Assembly: GCF_009914755.1 (NCBI RefSeq)
Contig: NC_060932.1
DNA: 64,000 nt
Reading direction: 5' to 3' (one strand)
From: the human T2T-CHM13v2.0 reference genome, Homo sapiens
Each line of letters starts with the position of its first letter. Position 1 is the stretch's first letter. This document shows, piece by piece, positions 12,051 to 24,187 of this stretch. Both the position numbers and the translations under genes were made by a program. The notes beneath the pieces are model-generated. The model made no database searches. It saw nothing but the letters and a program-made list of their open reading frames with translations, and was not told the DNA's origin.

Positions 12051-13130
12051 GTCATCCTAATTACTGCCACATTATCATTGAGGAAAAAAAGGATCTAAAT
12101 AACTGTGCTCATGGAAGAATGGCTTTTTTTTTTTAACTAAATAGATAGCTACAAAAAAGTGGGTTATAAGTCAACCCAGGCATAGATGGGGTCCCCATTT
12201 GCTCATTGCACAAATTCTTAATGTTTTCTTTAAACTTCTTCTACCATAATAAATGGGAAAGCTGGCCATAATAGTGGAGAGCTCAGCAGCCTTCCAGGAC
12301 ACAGGACAATGAGATGTGTTTCCACATGCCGTTGTCAAATCTTAGCAAGGACTGAATTTCTAGATTTTTAGATTCTTGTAATGAAGGACACAGTGAAATA
12401 GTCATAGCTTCCCCACAGGTAAATGATGCTCGCGAAATTCCACCAGTGGGGAATCAGTAAAACTTGAGGACCTGAGGGAATTTGCAGCAGGTGTGGAAAT
12501 TCAGACAGCTATAAATTATCACTAAATTTGGCACCAAACAGAGCAGTATTTCTGAATAATTCTTTTATGCTTGTCATAAGAATTTGGCATGCAATTCTGT
12601 GCTGCAATGCATGTCATAAATACAATAATTTATGGTTTGTTTCTACCCAGTAATGCGCAATGTCTTACTAAATTTGGGAACAGGCACAATTAGAACTATA
12701 ATGAGTTGTGACATTTTTTGAAATGTTTTTAATTTTTTTTTGCTACAAACTGACATTAATAGCTTTTTTGAGATGAGAAATCATAATAATTACTCCAGAG
12801 AAAATGACAAAGATAAATGATTATTCACATAAGAAGGCAAAATTCATCAAGAGATTGATTGGTGGTTGGCTATAAGACAAAAGTTCTGCTCTTTAGTTTG
12901 ATCCATTTATTAGTATCATCTAAAGAACAAACAAGAAGTGGTCAGAATTAGTCTCCAAGTTCCTCTCCTCTCTTTTGCACCCTACATCTCTTGGTTGCAG
13001 CTGTCTTTCCTCTGAAGAGCGGGAAGAGGGTAGACTTTGGAGTCAGTCATATCTGAGGAGGAATCCTTGGGTCATCAACTTCTTCCTAACAATGTGACTT
13101 TGAGCAGAAGTTTACAACCTTGTCTATGAG

Positions 13131-13277
13131 GGTTGGGTGCAGTGGCCCATGCCTGTAATTCTAGCACTTTAAGAGGTCGAGGTGGGGGGATCACTAGAGG
13201 CCAGGCATTCGAGACAAGCCTTGCCAACATGGCAAAACCCCGTCTCTACTAAAAATACAAAAAAAAATAAAATAAAA
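13131..13277 (+). mobile_element. Alu left monomer only (AluSz-like) with A-rich end
   Basis: ggttgggtgcagtggcccatgcctgtaatt...aaaaccccgtctctactaaaaatacaaaaaaaaataaaataaaa, no right arm. Confidence 0.88.
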
Positions 13278-13555
13278 TGTCTGCTTTTTTCAGAGATGTT
13301 TAGAAAATCTGTTGACATAATATAAGTAGACAGTAAAGAATCAGGATTTTTTTAATGGGTTTTAGAATCAAAATAACTAGATTTGAATTTTCACTGCTTG
13401 CCAGCTGTGCCAACTTAGACTAGTTAAAAATAATAGCTGAAATAAAAACAAACTGTATAGCACATGCTCTGTACCAGGAACTCTTAATGTATATTAGCCA
13501 ATTATTTAGGCTTCCTTATTTGAATAGCAAATAATAATACTAGGTCCTACCTTTT

Positions 13556-13857
13556 TTTTTTTTTTTTTTTTTGAGACGGAATCTTGCTCTGTCGCTCAGG
13601 CTGGAGCGCAGTGGCGCAATCTCCGCTCACTGCAAGCTCCACCTCGTGGGTTCAGCCATTCTTCTGCCTCAGCCTCCAGAGTAGCTGGGACTACAGGCGC
13701 CCACCACCATGGCTGGCTAAATTTTTTTGTTGTATTTTTAGTAGAGACGGGTTTTCACCATGTTAGCCAGGATGGTCTCGATCTCCTGACCTCGTGATCT
13801 GCCGGCCTCGGCCTCCCAAAATGCTGGGATTACAGGCATGAGCCACCATGCCCGGCC
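13556..13857 (-). mobile_element. AluY SINE inserted in a MIR
   Basis: tgcaagctcc, gttagccaggatggtctcgatctcctgacctcgtgat; TSD taggtcctacctttt / tagggcccacctttt. Confidence 0.93.
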
Positions 13858-15845
13858 TAGGGCCCACCTTTTATGCTGTTGCTATGTGTAGACAAATCTT
13901 GCAAAGTGTTCATCATACTGTTTTTCTGGTAGGTAGCAAGAATTGGAGAAGAGTTAGATGCCATCAGCACTGTGACTGTGCATAGATGAATAGTAAACAG
14001 TATCCCTTAATCTCTGCCACACACGTAGCCTAAGAACATAGCCTAAGAACACGTATGGTACAATGACCACCTGGGCTTCTTCACTAACTCTCCCCGTCTC
14101 CTAAATAATGTGATTAGTTCATCAGACCTACCTACCACAAGCTCTGAGACTGATCCTGTGAGTAGATTTTTGAAGAGTTCTAATATCTAGGCTAAGTCAT
14201 CACCTATAGGACTAAGTCCTGACCTATAAATTATAATTTTTTTTTTAAATCAAGCATTTTTGGTAGAGTCATCAGTGCTTTAGGAGGGCATGGGAAATAC
14301 ATTAGTCAAAACCATTTGGTTGCAGGAAACAGAAATCATTTTGCGTGTTTTTAAAGCAAAAAAGAATTTTATAAGTGTAGCTGGATAATGAAACAAACAG
14401 GACCTTGATCTCTGCCTTGGTGAGGACCTGTGCCAGGGAAGCTGCCAGGTCTCTAGGGTTTGCAGGTCCACCTGGACTTGTCTTTCTCTCTTGCTCAGCA
14501 GTTTGTTGACTTCCTTCTGTCATTTTTAAACCTCTTTCTAAGTTAGTACAAAGGCAAAGGTGGGCTTTGGGGAGAGGGCTAAGGAGAATGGGATATTTCT
14601 TACTCGAATTGTGCCATCATATGCTGGCTTTCTTTCTCCAGGACTGGCAGGCTATTTAACACTGAATCTTTCTCTCATTATGTGCAATTGTGGGCTCTTT
14701 GGAATTATTCTCTCTACCACCATAGCTGATGGTCTCTTAACTGAAGTTTCTTGACCTGGGACAAATATATTTCATTTTGATAGTGATTGATTACCTCCTC
14801 CTCAACCTCTAAAAACCTTGGGGTTAAACTCCAGCTCCTCCTCTGCTGACCTTTCTTCTCTACCCTATTGGGTAGGGTCATGTAAGAAACCCCCACGTTG
14901 CCTCTCTTACTTTAGTGGCCTAAAGCTTCTCTGCCTGAGCAAATTCCTAAAGTGAAATTGGATCCCAGTACAGCAGCAGCTCTCCTGTGCACCTTCATCA
15001 ATATAGCCAGCCAGCCTGCTCTTTTCTTTTATATTTACCAGGCAAGGGTCACAGAGTGGTTCACCCCATCCCTTCAACTATAGGGCACACATTTTAGGCT
15101 TTTCAGTGATCTATTAAAAACTCTCTCAGTTGGCTTGAGATGAGAAGGAGGACCAAACACGCTGGCTGTTGAGGAGGAGAGGGAGAGAAAATGGCTTGCA
15201 AAGTAAAACTCCTTAAAAATTTTCTTCCCATCCCTAATGCCTCAACCTATTATTTATAATTTTACTAACTAGTTTGAGGCTAAATCACACTTTATTAATC
15301 CTCAAGGGTAGACTGCTCACCGTTTTACTTGGTATCTAATATGTGGTGCCTTCATGTTTTGGGGTCAATATGAGAGAAGAAACCTTTCGTTTTGGCATCC
15401 AGTTAGCTAAAGATAAGGGTTTCCTCTTAAGGAGAGGTTTCTTCTCTAGAAACTGGACAGCCATCATCAGCCTTCTCTTTTCTTCATCTCTGCTTTATTC
15501 ATTTCTCTCTGAAGAACAGCCGATCTCTAATCCTCACCCTTTGTGGCAAACTACAGCCACCTCAGTCCTCTAGTGTTCATATGCTTTCGTTCCAACTCCA
15601 CTCCAAGACTGACTTGACTTTCTCTGGTCCCCATAAATCAATTCTTCAGAAAAAGAATCCAAAGGATACAGCTCTGGCAAGGTACCCAAACGTGGTTCTT
15701 TATCTATGATGGCTAAAACCTGTCCTATAAATTAGGGCAATACAGAGATTTACCAAAGAGAAAGATGTTCCTGGTGTGTGGGCTAAATGTATAGCCCCAA
15801 AGTTTCCCACTAGAGGTGTGTTAAGAGACATCTTCATGTAAGGGG

Positions 15846-16547
15846 TTTCAACTGAGGAATGACGAGGTTTACAAATTTGGAAAGGAGAGCTTTATTTGTC
15901 ATAAAAGGTTGCAGCCCGCAGATTGGCCATCTGATAGGCTGGGAAGCATCACTTCCAGACAGAAGCCAGAAACAGACACTTTGAAGGAGGGGAAAGGGGG
16001 ACAGGAATTTATGCTGAGTAGCATGGCCCAATATACATATTCAATGAGCTATAGGAGGAGTCATAAATATTTATGAAAGGAGACAATTATGCACGGGCAA
16101 TTGAGCTCCATGTCACTCCATGGGACTTGTGTTAAAAAAATGGCAGCATTAGCATGATCTAAGGATGCAGTTTTGGGTCCTCCGATGTCAAAATATGAAG
16201 CAGAGAACCCCAAAACCCTTACTGCACATCCTCCATAGACTGGCCACAACTGCTCCATGGTTGGTGGTTTCTTATCAGGAAGAAACGTCTGTTAGTTGTT
16301 TTGTTAAAACTGCAAAAGAGGGGGCAGTCATGTGAATAGTTGATATCAGCAATGGAGTCTCTTAAAAGGGCTGATTTCTGTTTAGCCCTTAGAGAAGAAA
16401 GCCTAGTGGCAGTTTAAGAGGGTGTATCTGACCTCCCATTCAGTCGAGGCAGAGAAACAAGTTTTCAAGGTTACCCTGCAGTCCCTTTCGCCAAGAGGGA
16501 GTCTATTCAGTTGTTGGGGGAGCTGAGGATTTCATTTTCATTTCTCA
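15846..16547 (-). mobile_element. MER50-family solo LTR (ERV1)
   Basis: Minus strand begins tgagaaatgaaaatgaaatcctcagctcccccaacaactgaatagactccctcttggc and ends ctctcctttccaaatttgtaaacctcgtcattcctcagttga. Confidence 0.85.
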
Positions 16548-16814
16548 GTAGTCACACTGGAATTTAACCTTGAAATATGAGAAATATATGTATGAGAGAT
16601 ACAAGATATGGTATAAGTCTTTCTAGAGGGGTCTTTCTAGAGAGGAGAGGCTGGAGCACAGACTTTAATAGAAATGACAGCAAAATTAATTAGGCATTTT
16701 CTGTGCCTTAAAAAAAGTATATATCACAGTTTTTAGGTGCGGAACAACCCACTGAGTGATAAAATGTTAATTCATTTGCTATTGTTGGAAGAGTTTCTCT
16801 TTCCAAGAAATCAA

Positions 16815-17030
16815 CACCACTTATTTAATAAAGACCTCTGAGCAATTACTAGGTCCCAGGCACTCTTTCAGGTACTGGAGAAACACTGAAGTGTGCAAAC
16901 ATTTTGCTTTATGAAGTGGGGTAGACGGAGGATGAACAATAATGTGTTGCCACTTAAGGAGATGCAGTGTGATGAGCGGTGAAGAGAAAGACTTTTCAAA
17001 AGTGATAACTTTGAGTAGCAAAGTAATTCT
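16815..17030 (-). mobile_element. L2 fragment
   Basis: ttatttaataaagacctctgagcaattactaggtcccaggcactctttcaggtactggaga is the antisense L2 3' end. Confidence 0.6.
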
Positions 17031-17059
17031 GTAGAAACAACAACATAAAAAAAAAAAAA

Positions 17060-17362
<303 letters not shown>

Positions 17363-18659
17363 GGAGGAATAGGCAGAGGAGACTGCAAATGCAAAGGCTA
17401 AATTTGTAAGAAAGAAGAACTAGTTTGAATGCAAATCTAACTAGATTCATGCAGAGGAAATAACCCATGAAAAGACAACACAGAGAGGACAGAGCAAAGA
17501 GGATTACACAAGAAGGACAGAATTTCAGGGAAGGGGTTGTGTGCGTCATGATTCTTACCATACTCAATAATGCTAGTAAGAACAGGGGCTTCAACAGTGC
17601 ATGGCCCAGGCCTTTGGAATGGAGTGACGAGGGCTACAGAAGGAGTATACAATTAATACCAAAACAGCCTCAGCCTCCAAATGAAGTAAAGCCTGTTTCT
17701 AGGCATTTAATCTCTATTAATGGTTCCATAGAGCCTTATTGATTTTTCTGTTTAGAGAAATGAGGACAAAAACATGAACTTAATTAGGGCTCACTCTCCT
17801 CATCTCAACTCTTAAGTGCTGGCTTTTACTTTTCCAATGCATCTGCCCTGAACTGGAATTTGGGCTCTGGGATCTGGGAATGCCTCTGTCTGAGAGGTGA
17901 GGCTTTGGGAAATAAACTCAAAAAAAAAAAAAAAAAAAAGAAAAGAAAGAAAGAAAAAGCAGCAGAGAGCAGGCTGATGGGAATGCTAGACAGAAGGGCA
18001 AGGCCAGTAATGCCCACTCCTATACAAATAGCTGCATGTGCCTGTCTGTCAGGAGTGACATCCTGCTCAGAGACAAATGAGACCTGCTGGGTCTGGAGAG
18101 TCGGTGTGATCTTGACCTGAAACGGGTCATTCTGTCAAATATGCTCCCTCCCTCTGAGGAAGGAGTGCTTGGCTGTAATAAATCTCTAGCCTAGCCAGGG
18201 AGGGGCATCCACCCACTGGGCAACCCATCCATTGGCTTGAAACAACCACAGAAAGTAACAGAAAGCTCTTGTTTTTCCATTTCTAAAAAAGAAAAGGGAA
18301 CTGATACACCTTGAGGATAGCAAAGAAACAAAAACAAAGACAGGGCTTATATTCAACATAGTCCACAACCAGTTGTATATGAGCCCAGGCCACACAGAGA
18401 CTCCGGCCTTAGATCAGGAGGAGACCTGCAGCTGGTCCCAACTTAGTACTTGTAGAGAGATCATGGGAAGGAACAAGGATTCTGGGAGGAGTCAGGGGAA
18501 TCAGTTGAGGGGCTGCAGGCTGTTCAGAAATATTTCCGCATTTTAACAACAGGTGACCCACCAGTGTGCACTCTCTGGATACTACCCTCTATATCAAGCC
18601 CAAGTCTAAATAGCTATTTCCTTTAAAAAATAAATCAATGAAACAAAACAACCACAAAG

Positions 18660-18940
18660 CCCAGAGGCTGGGAAGCATGGGGGCATTTAAAAGAATTTGA
18701 TTAATGGGTACAAATATACAGCCTGATAGAAGAAATAAGACCTAGTATTAGCTAGATAAGTAGGGTGACTATATTTACAATAATCTATTGTATTTCAAAA
18801 TGGTAGAGAAGAATTTGTATGGTTTTAGCATTAAAAAGATAGATATTTAAGACAATAGATATCCCAAGCACACTGATTTGATCTTTACAAATTATATGAA
18901 GGTATTTAATTAGCACATGTGCCCTGAAACTATGTACATA
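18660..18940 (+). mobile_element. L1MA-type LINE 3' UTR fragment
   Basis: ttaatgggtacaaatatacag...agaaataagacctagt...agggtgactatatttacaataatctattgtatttcaaaat...ctgatttgatctttacaaattatatgaa. Confidence 0.85.
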
Positions 18941-19456
18941 GCTTCAGGAGAGCTATGGCATTTGACATATAGATTGATTAGTATGTGCTTCCATTCCAAG
19001 AATAGCAAGCTTTCATTTGGCATACTCTGGGAATATAAAGTGGTAACATGGATTTAAGCCCCAAAAAATGTCTACTCACTGCTTTCTCTTTATTCCCCCA
19101 TGAGATGAAACATATCAATGAGACAGCTCTGCTCTCAGTGATCTCACACTACAGTGTGTGGAAGAGACACAGGTGTCAAAACTCACAGGGCAGCGAGCTC
19201 AGAGCTAAGAATCAGGAGTATGGGGAAACATCTAATCACATCTGTGAGAAGATTAGCCAGAAAGAACACTCCAGAACCATGGTGTAACATCGTGCTAAGC
19301 CTAAAAGTAGGTTAAAGATACGTAGAGAGTGGGAGAACATTCTAGGCCTATGGAAGAGAGACCTGAGTAAGCATTCAGGGAGAGTATTGTGTGGGAACAT
19401 GTCACAGATTCAAGAACCACCTACTTTTAATAATGATAGTTACGATCGTAACCATC

Positions 19457-19935
19457 TGTATTAAGTTCCTAGGGCTTAAAAAGTACCAGGTATTAAAAAG
19501 TACCAGGTGACAGAGAACAATGTAAATATCTAATCTCACAGTTCTGGAGGCTAGCCGTCTGAAATCATGGTCTTAGCAATGCCAGGCTTCCTCTGAAGGT
19601 GCTAGTGAGGAATATGTTCCAGGCCCTTCTCTTGCTTGCAGGAGCTCCAAGAGCACCTTGGCTTGTAATTGCATCACTTCCATCCTAACTCCATCACCAC
19701 GTGGTCCTCTTCGCCTTGTCTCCACATATGGTCTTCCCTCTGTAATGTTTGTCTCTGTGTTCCAATTCTCCCATTTTATGAGAACAACAGGCAGTGGAAT
19801 AAGGTAGGCCTTCATGACCTTATTTTAACTTGACACCTCTGTAAAGACCTTATCTTCAAATAAGGTCACATTCTGAGGTACTGGAGATTAGGACCAACAT
19901 ATATTTCTTTCAGGGACACCAGTCAATCCATAAAA
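19457..19935 (-). mobile_element. MLT1C-like solo LTR
   Basis: tgtattaagttcctagggct...tctcacagttctggaggctag...aaataaggtcacattctgaggtactgga; internal 17-bp tandem duplication ttaaaaagtaccaggt(a). Confidence 0.85.
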
Positions 19936-20728
19936 CCTTCCCTGACACAGGAATTGAACTATCTAGCTAACAAAGCTCCTCCAAATTGATAGAATTCTAT
20001 GCCATCTTTGCAATATACCTGTGGGATATAGATGTGTTTCCCTATCTTAGAGGTAGTTTGGTTGAGGTGTCATAATTAGTAAAGGCAAAAATTAAAACTA
20101 CAATGATAGTCTTGTTTTTGTTTTTGTTTTTGTTTTTGAGGGCTTACTCCACAGGTCATGGGCTTTACATGTAAAATTTCATTTGTCTCCATTTTAAACA
20201 TGAAGAAACTAGGGCATTAAAGCACTTGAGTAGTATTCTAAAATCACAGGTAGTGGTGGAGCTAGGATTTAAACCATAGCATGTTAATTGCAAAGCACAT
20301 AACCATAACCAATGGGTCTCATTTAACTCTTTTTTCACACAGTGAATAATCACATGCTGATTATAAACAGCATTTATCAACATTTAATATTAATTGGCCT
20401 TTCACATACTTTATAAACATCCTGACAACAATACACAGTATTATTTGTCCCTGGTATCCAAAAGTGTAGATGGAGATTTTGAAACATAAAGTAATTTGCA
20501 CATGACTCAAAGGTAGGAAGTAAGAAAATTGCTGCATTTAACTTTGAAATCCAGAAAAAACGCTAAGTTGGAGAGATCTGGTAGAGGCAAGAGGACTCAA
20601 CATGAAGCAATAAAAATGGAATGCAGTCTTATATTCAAGATGACAGACAGAATTCATAATCCTCTTCCCTGCATTTCAATGCAACATTCTGTCATTGTTT
20701 TTCTCTTTAAAGACATGTAGTACTTCTC

Positions 20729-21239
20729 TGTTGGGAGCAGGCCCCCAAAATCTGGCCATAAACTGGCCCCAAAACTGGCCATAGAATCTCTGCAGCACTG
20801 TGACATGTTCATGATGGCCATAACGCCCACGCTGGAAGATTGTGGGTTTACAGGAATGAGGGCAAGGAACACCTGGCCTGCCCCGGGCGGAAAACCGCTT
20901 GAAGGCATTCTTAAGCCACAAACAATAGCATGAGCGATCTGTGCCTTAAGGACATGCTATTGCTGCTGTTAACTAGCCCAACCTATTCCTTTAATTCAGC
21001 CCATCCCTTCGTTTCCCATAAGGGATACTTTCAGTTAACTTAATATCTATAGAAACAATGCTAATGACTGGTTTGCTGTTAATAAATATGTGGGTAAATC
21101 TCTGCTTGGGGCTCTCAGCTCTGAAGTCTGTGAGACCCCTGATTTCCCACTTCACACCTCTATATTTCTGTGTGTGTGTTTTCTTTAATTCCTCTAGCGC
21201 TGCTGGGTTAGGGTCTCCCCAACCGAGGTGGTCTCGGCA
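20729..21239 (+). mobile_element. MER9 solo LTR (HERV-K HML-3)
   Basis: tgttgggagcaggcccccaaaatctggccataaactggcccc...gggttagggtctcccc...ggtctcggca, 511 bp; perfect 6-bp TSD cttctc at 20723-20728 and 21240-21245, the length typical of ERVK. Confidence 0.93.
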
Positions 21240-21778
21240 CTTCTCAAAAACAAGAAGAAAAATGTGTGCAGGTTAACAGTAGAGGAAACTCCTGGGATTG
21301 AGTGTTGATGGACAGTGAAGCCCTGTAGCTCTCAGAAAGGAGAGGCTGGATACTCACTGTGGGGAAGGACCCCAGGAGTCTGTGAAGAAAAAAAAGCCAA
21401 ACAGGATATTCCCATCAGTGAACTTGACCTGAAATCATTTCACCCAACAGCTTGAATGACACTTTTTTGTGTATCTTATTGACTAATTAAAAGCAACCCT
21501 ATAAACAGTAACTTCGTTTGAATTGTTCCTGGATAGCATATTGACAACAGCAACTCCCAAGGTACACCAAAGACACAAACCCTCTGATGTAAAAGGTAGA
21601 ATTGTGCAATGCAGCAGGTCAAGCTGTGGAACTGCAACACCATGAGAAAGAGAAAGCATGGCAAACGAGGAGAACCCCCATTCCAGCTCCAAAAAGTACA
21701 GACACACACACACATAAGAGCAACTGGAATGTGTATGTGTGTGTGAATTTAAAGTGTACTTTAAAATAAGTACACTTA

Positions 21779-21896
21779 GGCCGGGCGTGGTGGCTCACGC
21801 CTGTAATTCCAGCACTTTGGGAGACTGAGGTGGGCAGATCACGAGGTCAGAAGTTTGAGACCAGCCTGACCAACATGGTGAAACCCCGTCTCTACT
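21779..21896 (+). mobile_element. AluSg-like 5' fragment, 3' part missing
   Basis: ggccgggcgtggtggctcacgcctgtaa...aaaccccgtctctact, then an abrupt switch to unrelated sequence. Confidence 0.92.
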
Positions 21897-22349
21897 TATT
21901 TCATTAAGTCTCGCTTACCTGGCTCTCCAAGTTATTATTTGTATAAATTTGTCTTTCTTAGCTCAAAAAAAATGTTTTCTTGATTGACTTTTTTAATCAA
22001 AATATCTTATAGAAAAAAAAATCTGGATTTGTTGGCTTCCACTGAAATGTTGTAGGAAATCTGGGAACATGAGCCAACATTTCCATTTAAACATGTTGGG
22101 AGGTTGTTTATTCATCAGCTGCCTTCTTAAGATAAGCTATGTACCCCTCGCTCACCACAGCACATTCCACTCATCATGGTACCACTACTGTTGATACTTC
22201 ATGTCAAGTGAACTTACCATTGAATTACACAGTTATGTCTTCAATCACTAAAGAAGTAAATCCATCTAACTTCAGTCATGTATATAACCTACTCATTCCC
22301 TTTAGGACACACATTGGAAATCCCTAGTATTGTCAACTGATGAATCTTC

Positions 22350-23105
22350 ACTTTTCATACCGTGAATATTTAGTCCCCTTAACAATTGATGTATACAAAA
22401 GTGACAATATCAACCTCTCTTTTTTCCTCAAAGTAATTTATCATTTTTAACACAAACAAGTATTCTATGTCTGTAACAATATATATAATAGTTGATCAAA
22501 CTTAAGAAATCACGGGCTTCTTTTAAAGTAGAAAATATTGTGACTTTTTGTATTTTAATTATTTTCAAACAAAACATTTAAATACATTCTTTATGCTTCG
22601 AGCTATTTTGCATTCCTGCAGCCAAAACAGATTTATCAATTAGATATAAACAAAAGTATAAACTGATACAACACTAAGAAATAACACAAAGCAATGGGAT
22701 AGGTGATGCTGTTTTGTTGAAGAAAAACTCTTCTTTGTCATGTGAATATATTTTTGAGAAACAAGCTCTTGTGAGTCTGCCCTGCCTGTACTCTGCAGGG
22801 TGAACAAGTTTCCCACCACTTTAAAAACATGTATTTATATATTGTGTCATATTCTCCTTAAGTCACATATATATTTAATCTCATTAGACAATGGCAATTA
22901 AAACAATTCTCCTTGGTTGCATCACTCTCATAAGCTGAATGGTTTCTCAAATAATATGGCAGTCCTTCCATCAAAAGTGGTCATCTCAATGGTAGAAAAA
23001 TTCTTTGTATCAAGCTTATCAATAAAAATAGAATAAAATAATTACAAATATTTATATAGGACTTAGGAATTCATGGCTTGATAACCTAAGGTTGAGGAAC
23101 ATTGC
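22350..23105. mobile_element. Possible ancient hAT/Charlie-type DNA transposon relic
   Basis: AT-rich stretch ending ggttgaggaacattg, resembling hAT-Charlie termini (gttgagaaacactg); weak. Confidence 0.25.
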
Positions 23106-23354
23106 TTTAAGTTTCATCTGTGGCAAGGCGTCAGCAATTGTTCCATGGATTTGCTGTCCTCATTGCTACAAAAATATCCAAAGAATTTGGTCTTTCTGGA
23201 CAAGGATAAGGCCATGAAAGAGAACCACCAACAAACTCCATATCGATGAGTTGTGTTTAGATTCTAGCTCTTCAAACTGAAGCCTCCACAAAATCATTTT
23301 CAGCCTAATTATGAGCCTTGATGAACCTGACTGGCCATTGAAAGAGACCACTAT

Positions 23355-23771
23355 TCCTCAAAAAGTTAAATAGAGTTATCACATGACTGAGAAAGTCTAT
23401 TCCTATTTTCCCAGAAGAATTAAAAATATATTTCTACATAAAAACGTATACAGGAATATTCATAGCACCATTATTCATAAAAGCCTGAAACTGGAAACAA
23501 TCCAAGTATCTATCAGTTAATAAACTGATAAGCAAAATACGGTAAATCTAAGCAATATAATATTATTTACCCATAAATATGAATAAAGTACTGACACAAT
23601 ATAGATGAACCTTGAAAACATTATGCTAAGTGAAAGAAGGTAGACACACAGGTCATATTTGTTTTATTCCATTTCTATAAAATGTTCAGAATAGAAAAAT
23701 TCATAGGGACTGAAGGAAGATTGTTAATTTCCAGAGGAGGGAATTGAAAATGACTGCTAAGGAGTAAAGGG

Positions 23772-23823
<52 letters not shown>

Positions 23824-23958
23824 AGAAGATAAAATATTCTGAAGTTAGATAGTGGTGATGGTTGCACAAGTTTGAGAATATGCTAAAATCCACTTGATTT
23901 TTCACCCTAAAATAATAAATTTATGGTATGTGATTCATATCTTCTTAAACAAAAAATG
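23355..23958 (+). mobile_element. L1MB-type LINE 3' end
   Basis: tattcatagcaccattattcataaaagcc...gatgaaccttgaaaacattatgctaagtgaaagaag...gatagtggtgatggttgcacaa. Confidence 0.88.
23774..23821. repeat. (TG)n microsatellite, about 23 units
   Basis: Pure TG run inside the L1 fragment. Confidence 0.97.
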
Positions 23959-24187
23959 TATATATTTTAAAAATAATCTCTAACAAGACTTTCACAAAGT
24001 ATTCCAAAAACATGAGCAGAAATTTCCCAGACAAAATATTTGTAGACCACCTAGACGCAGTAAAAAAGAATTAGCATGTCTTGATGGCAGGTTTTATGTG
24101 AAGAAGAGCTGTATACAAAGTAAAAATAAAATCCAACTGGCAGCAGATTATTAATCTCTCTTTCACCATGCTAAGGAGCTGGGTCCA

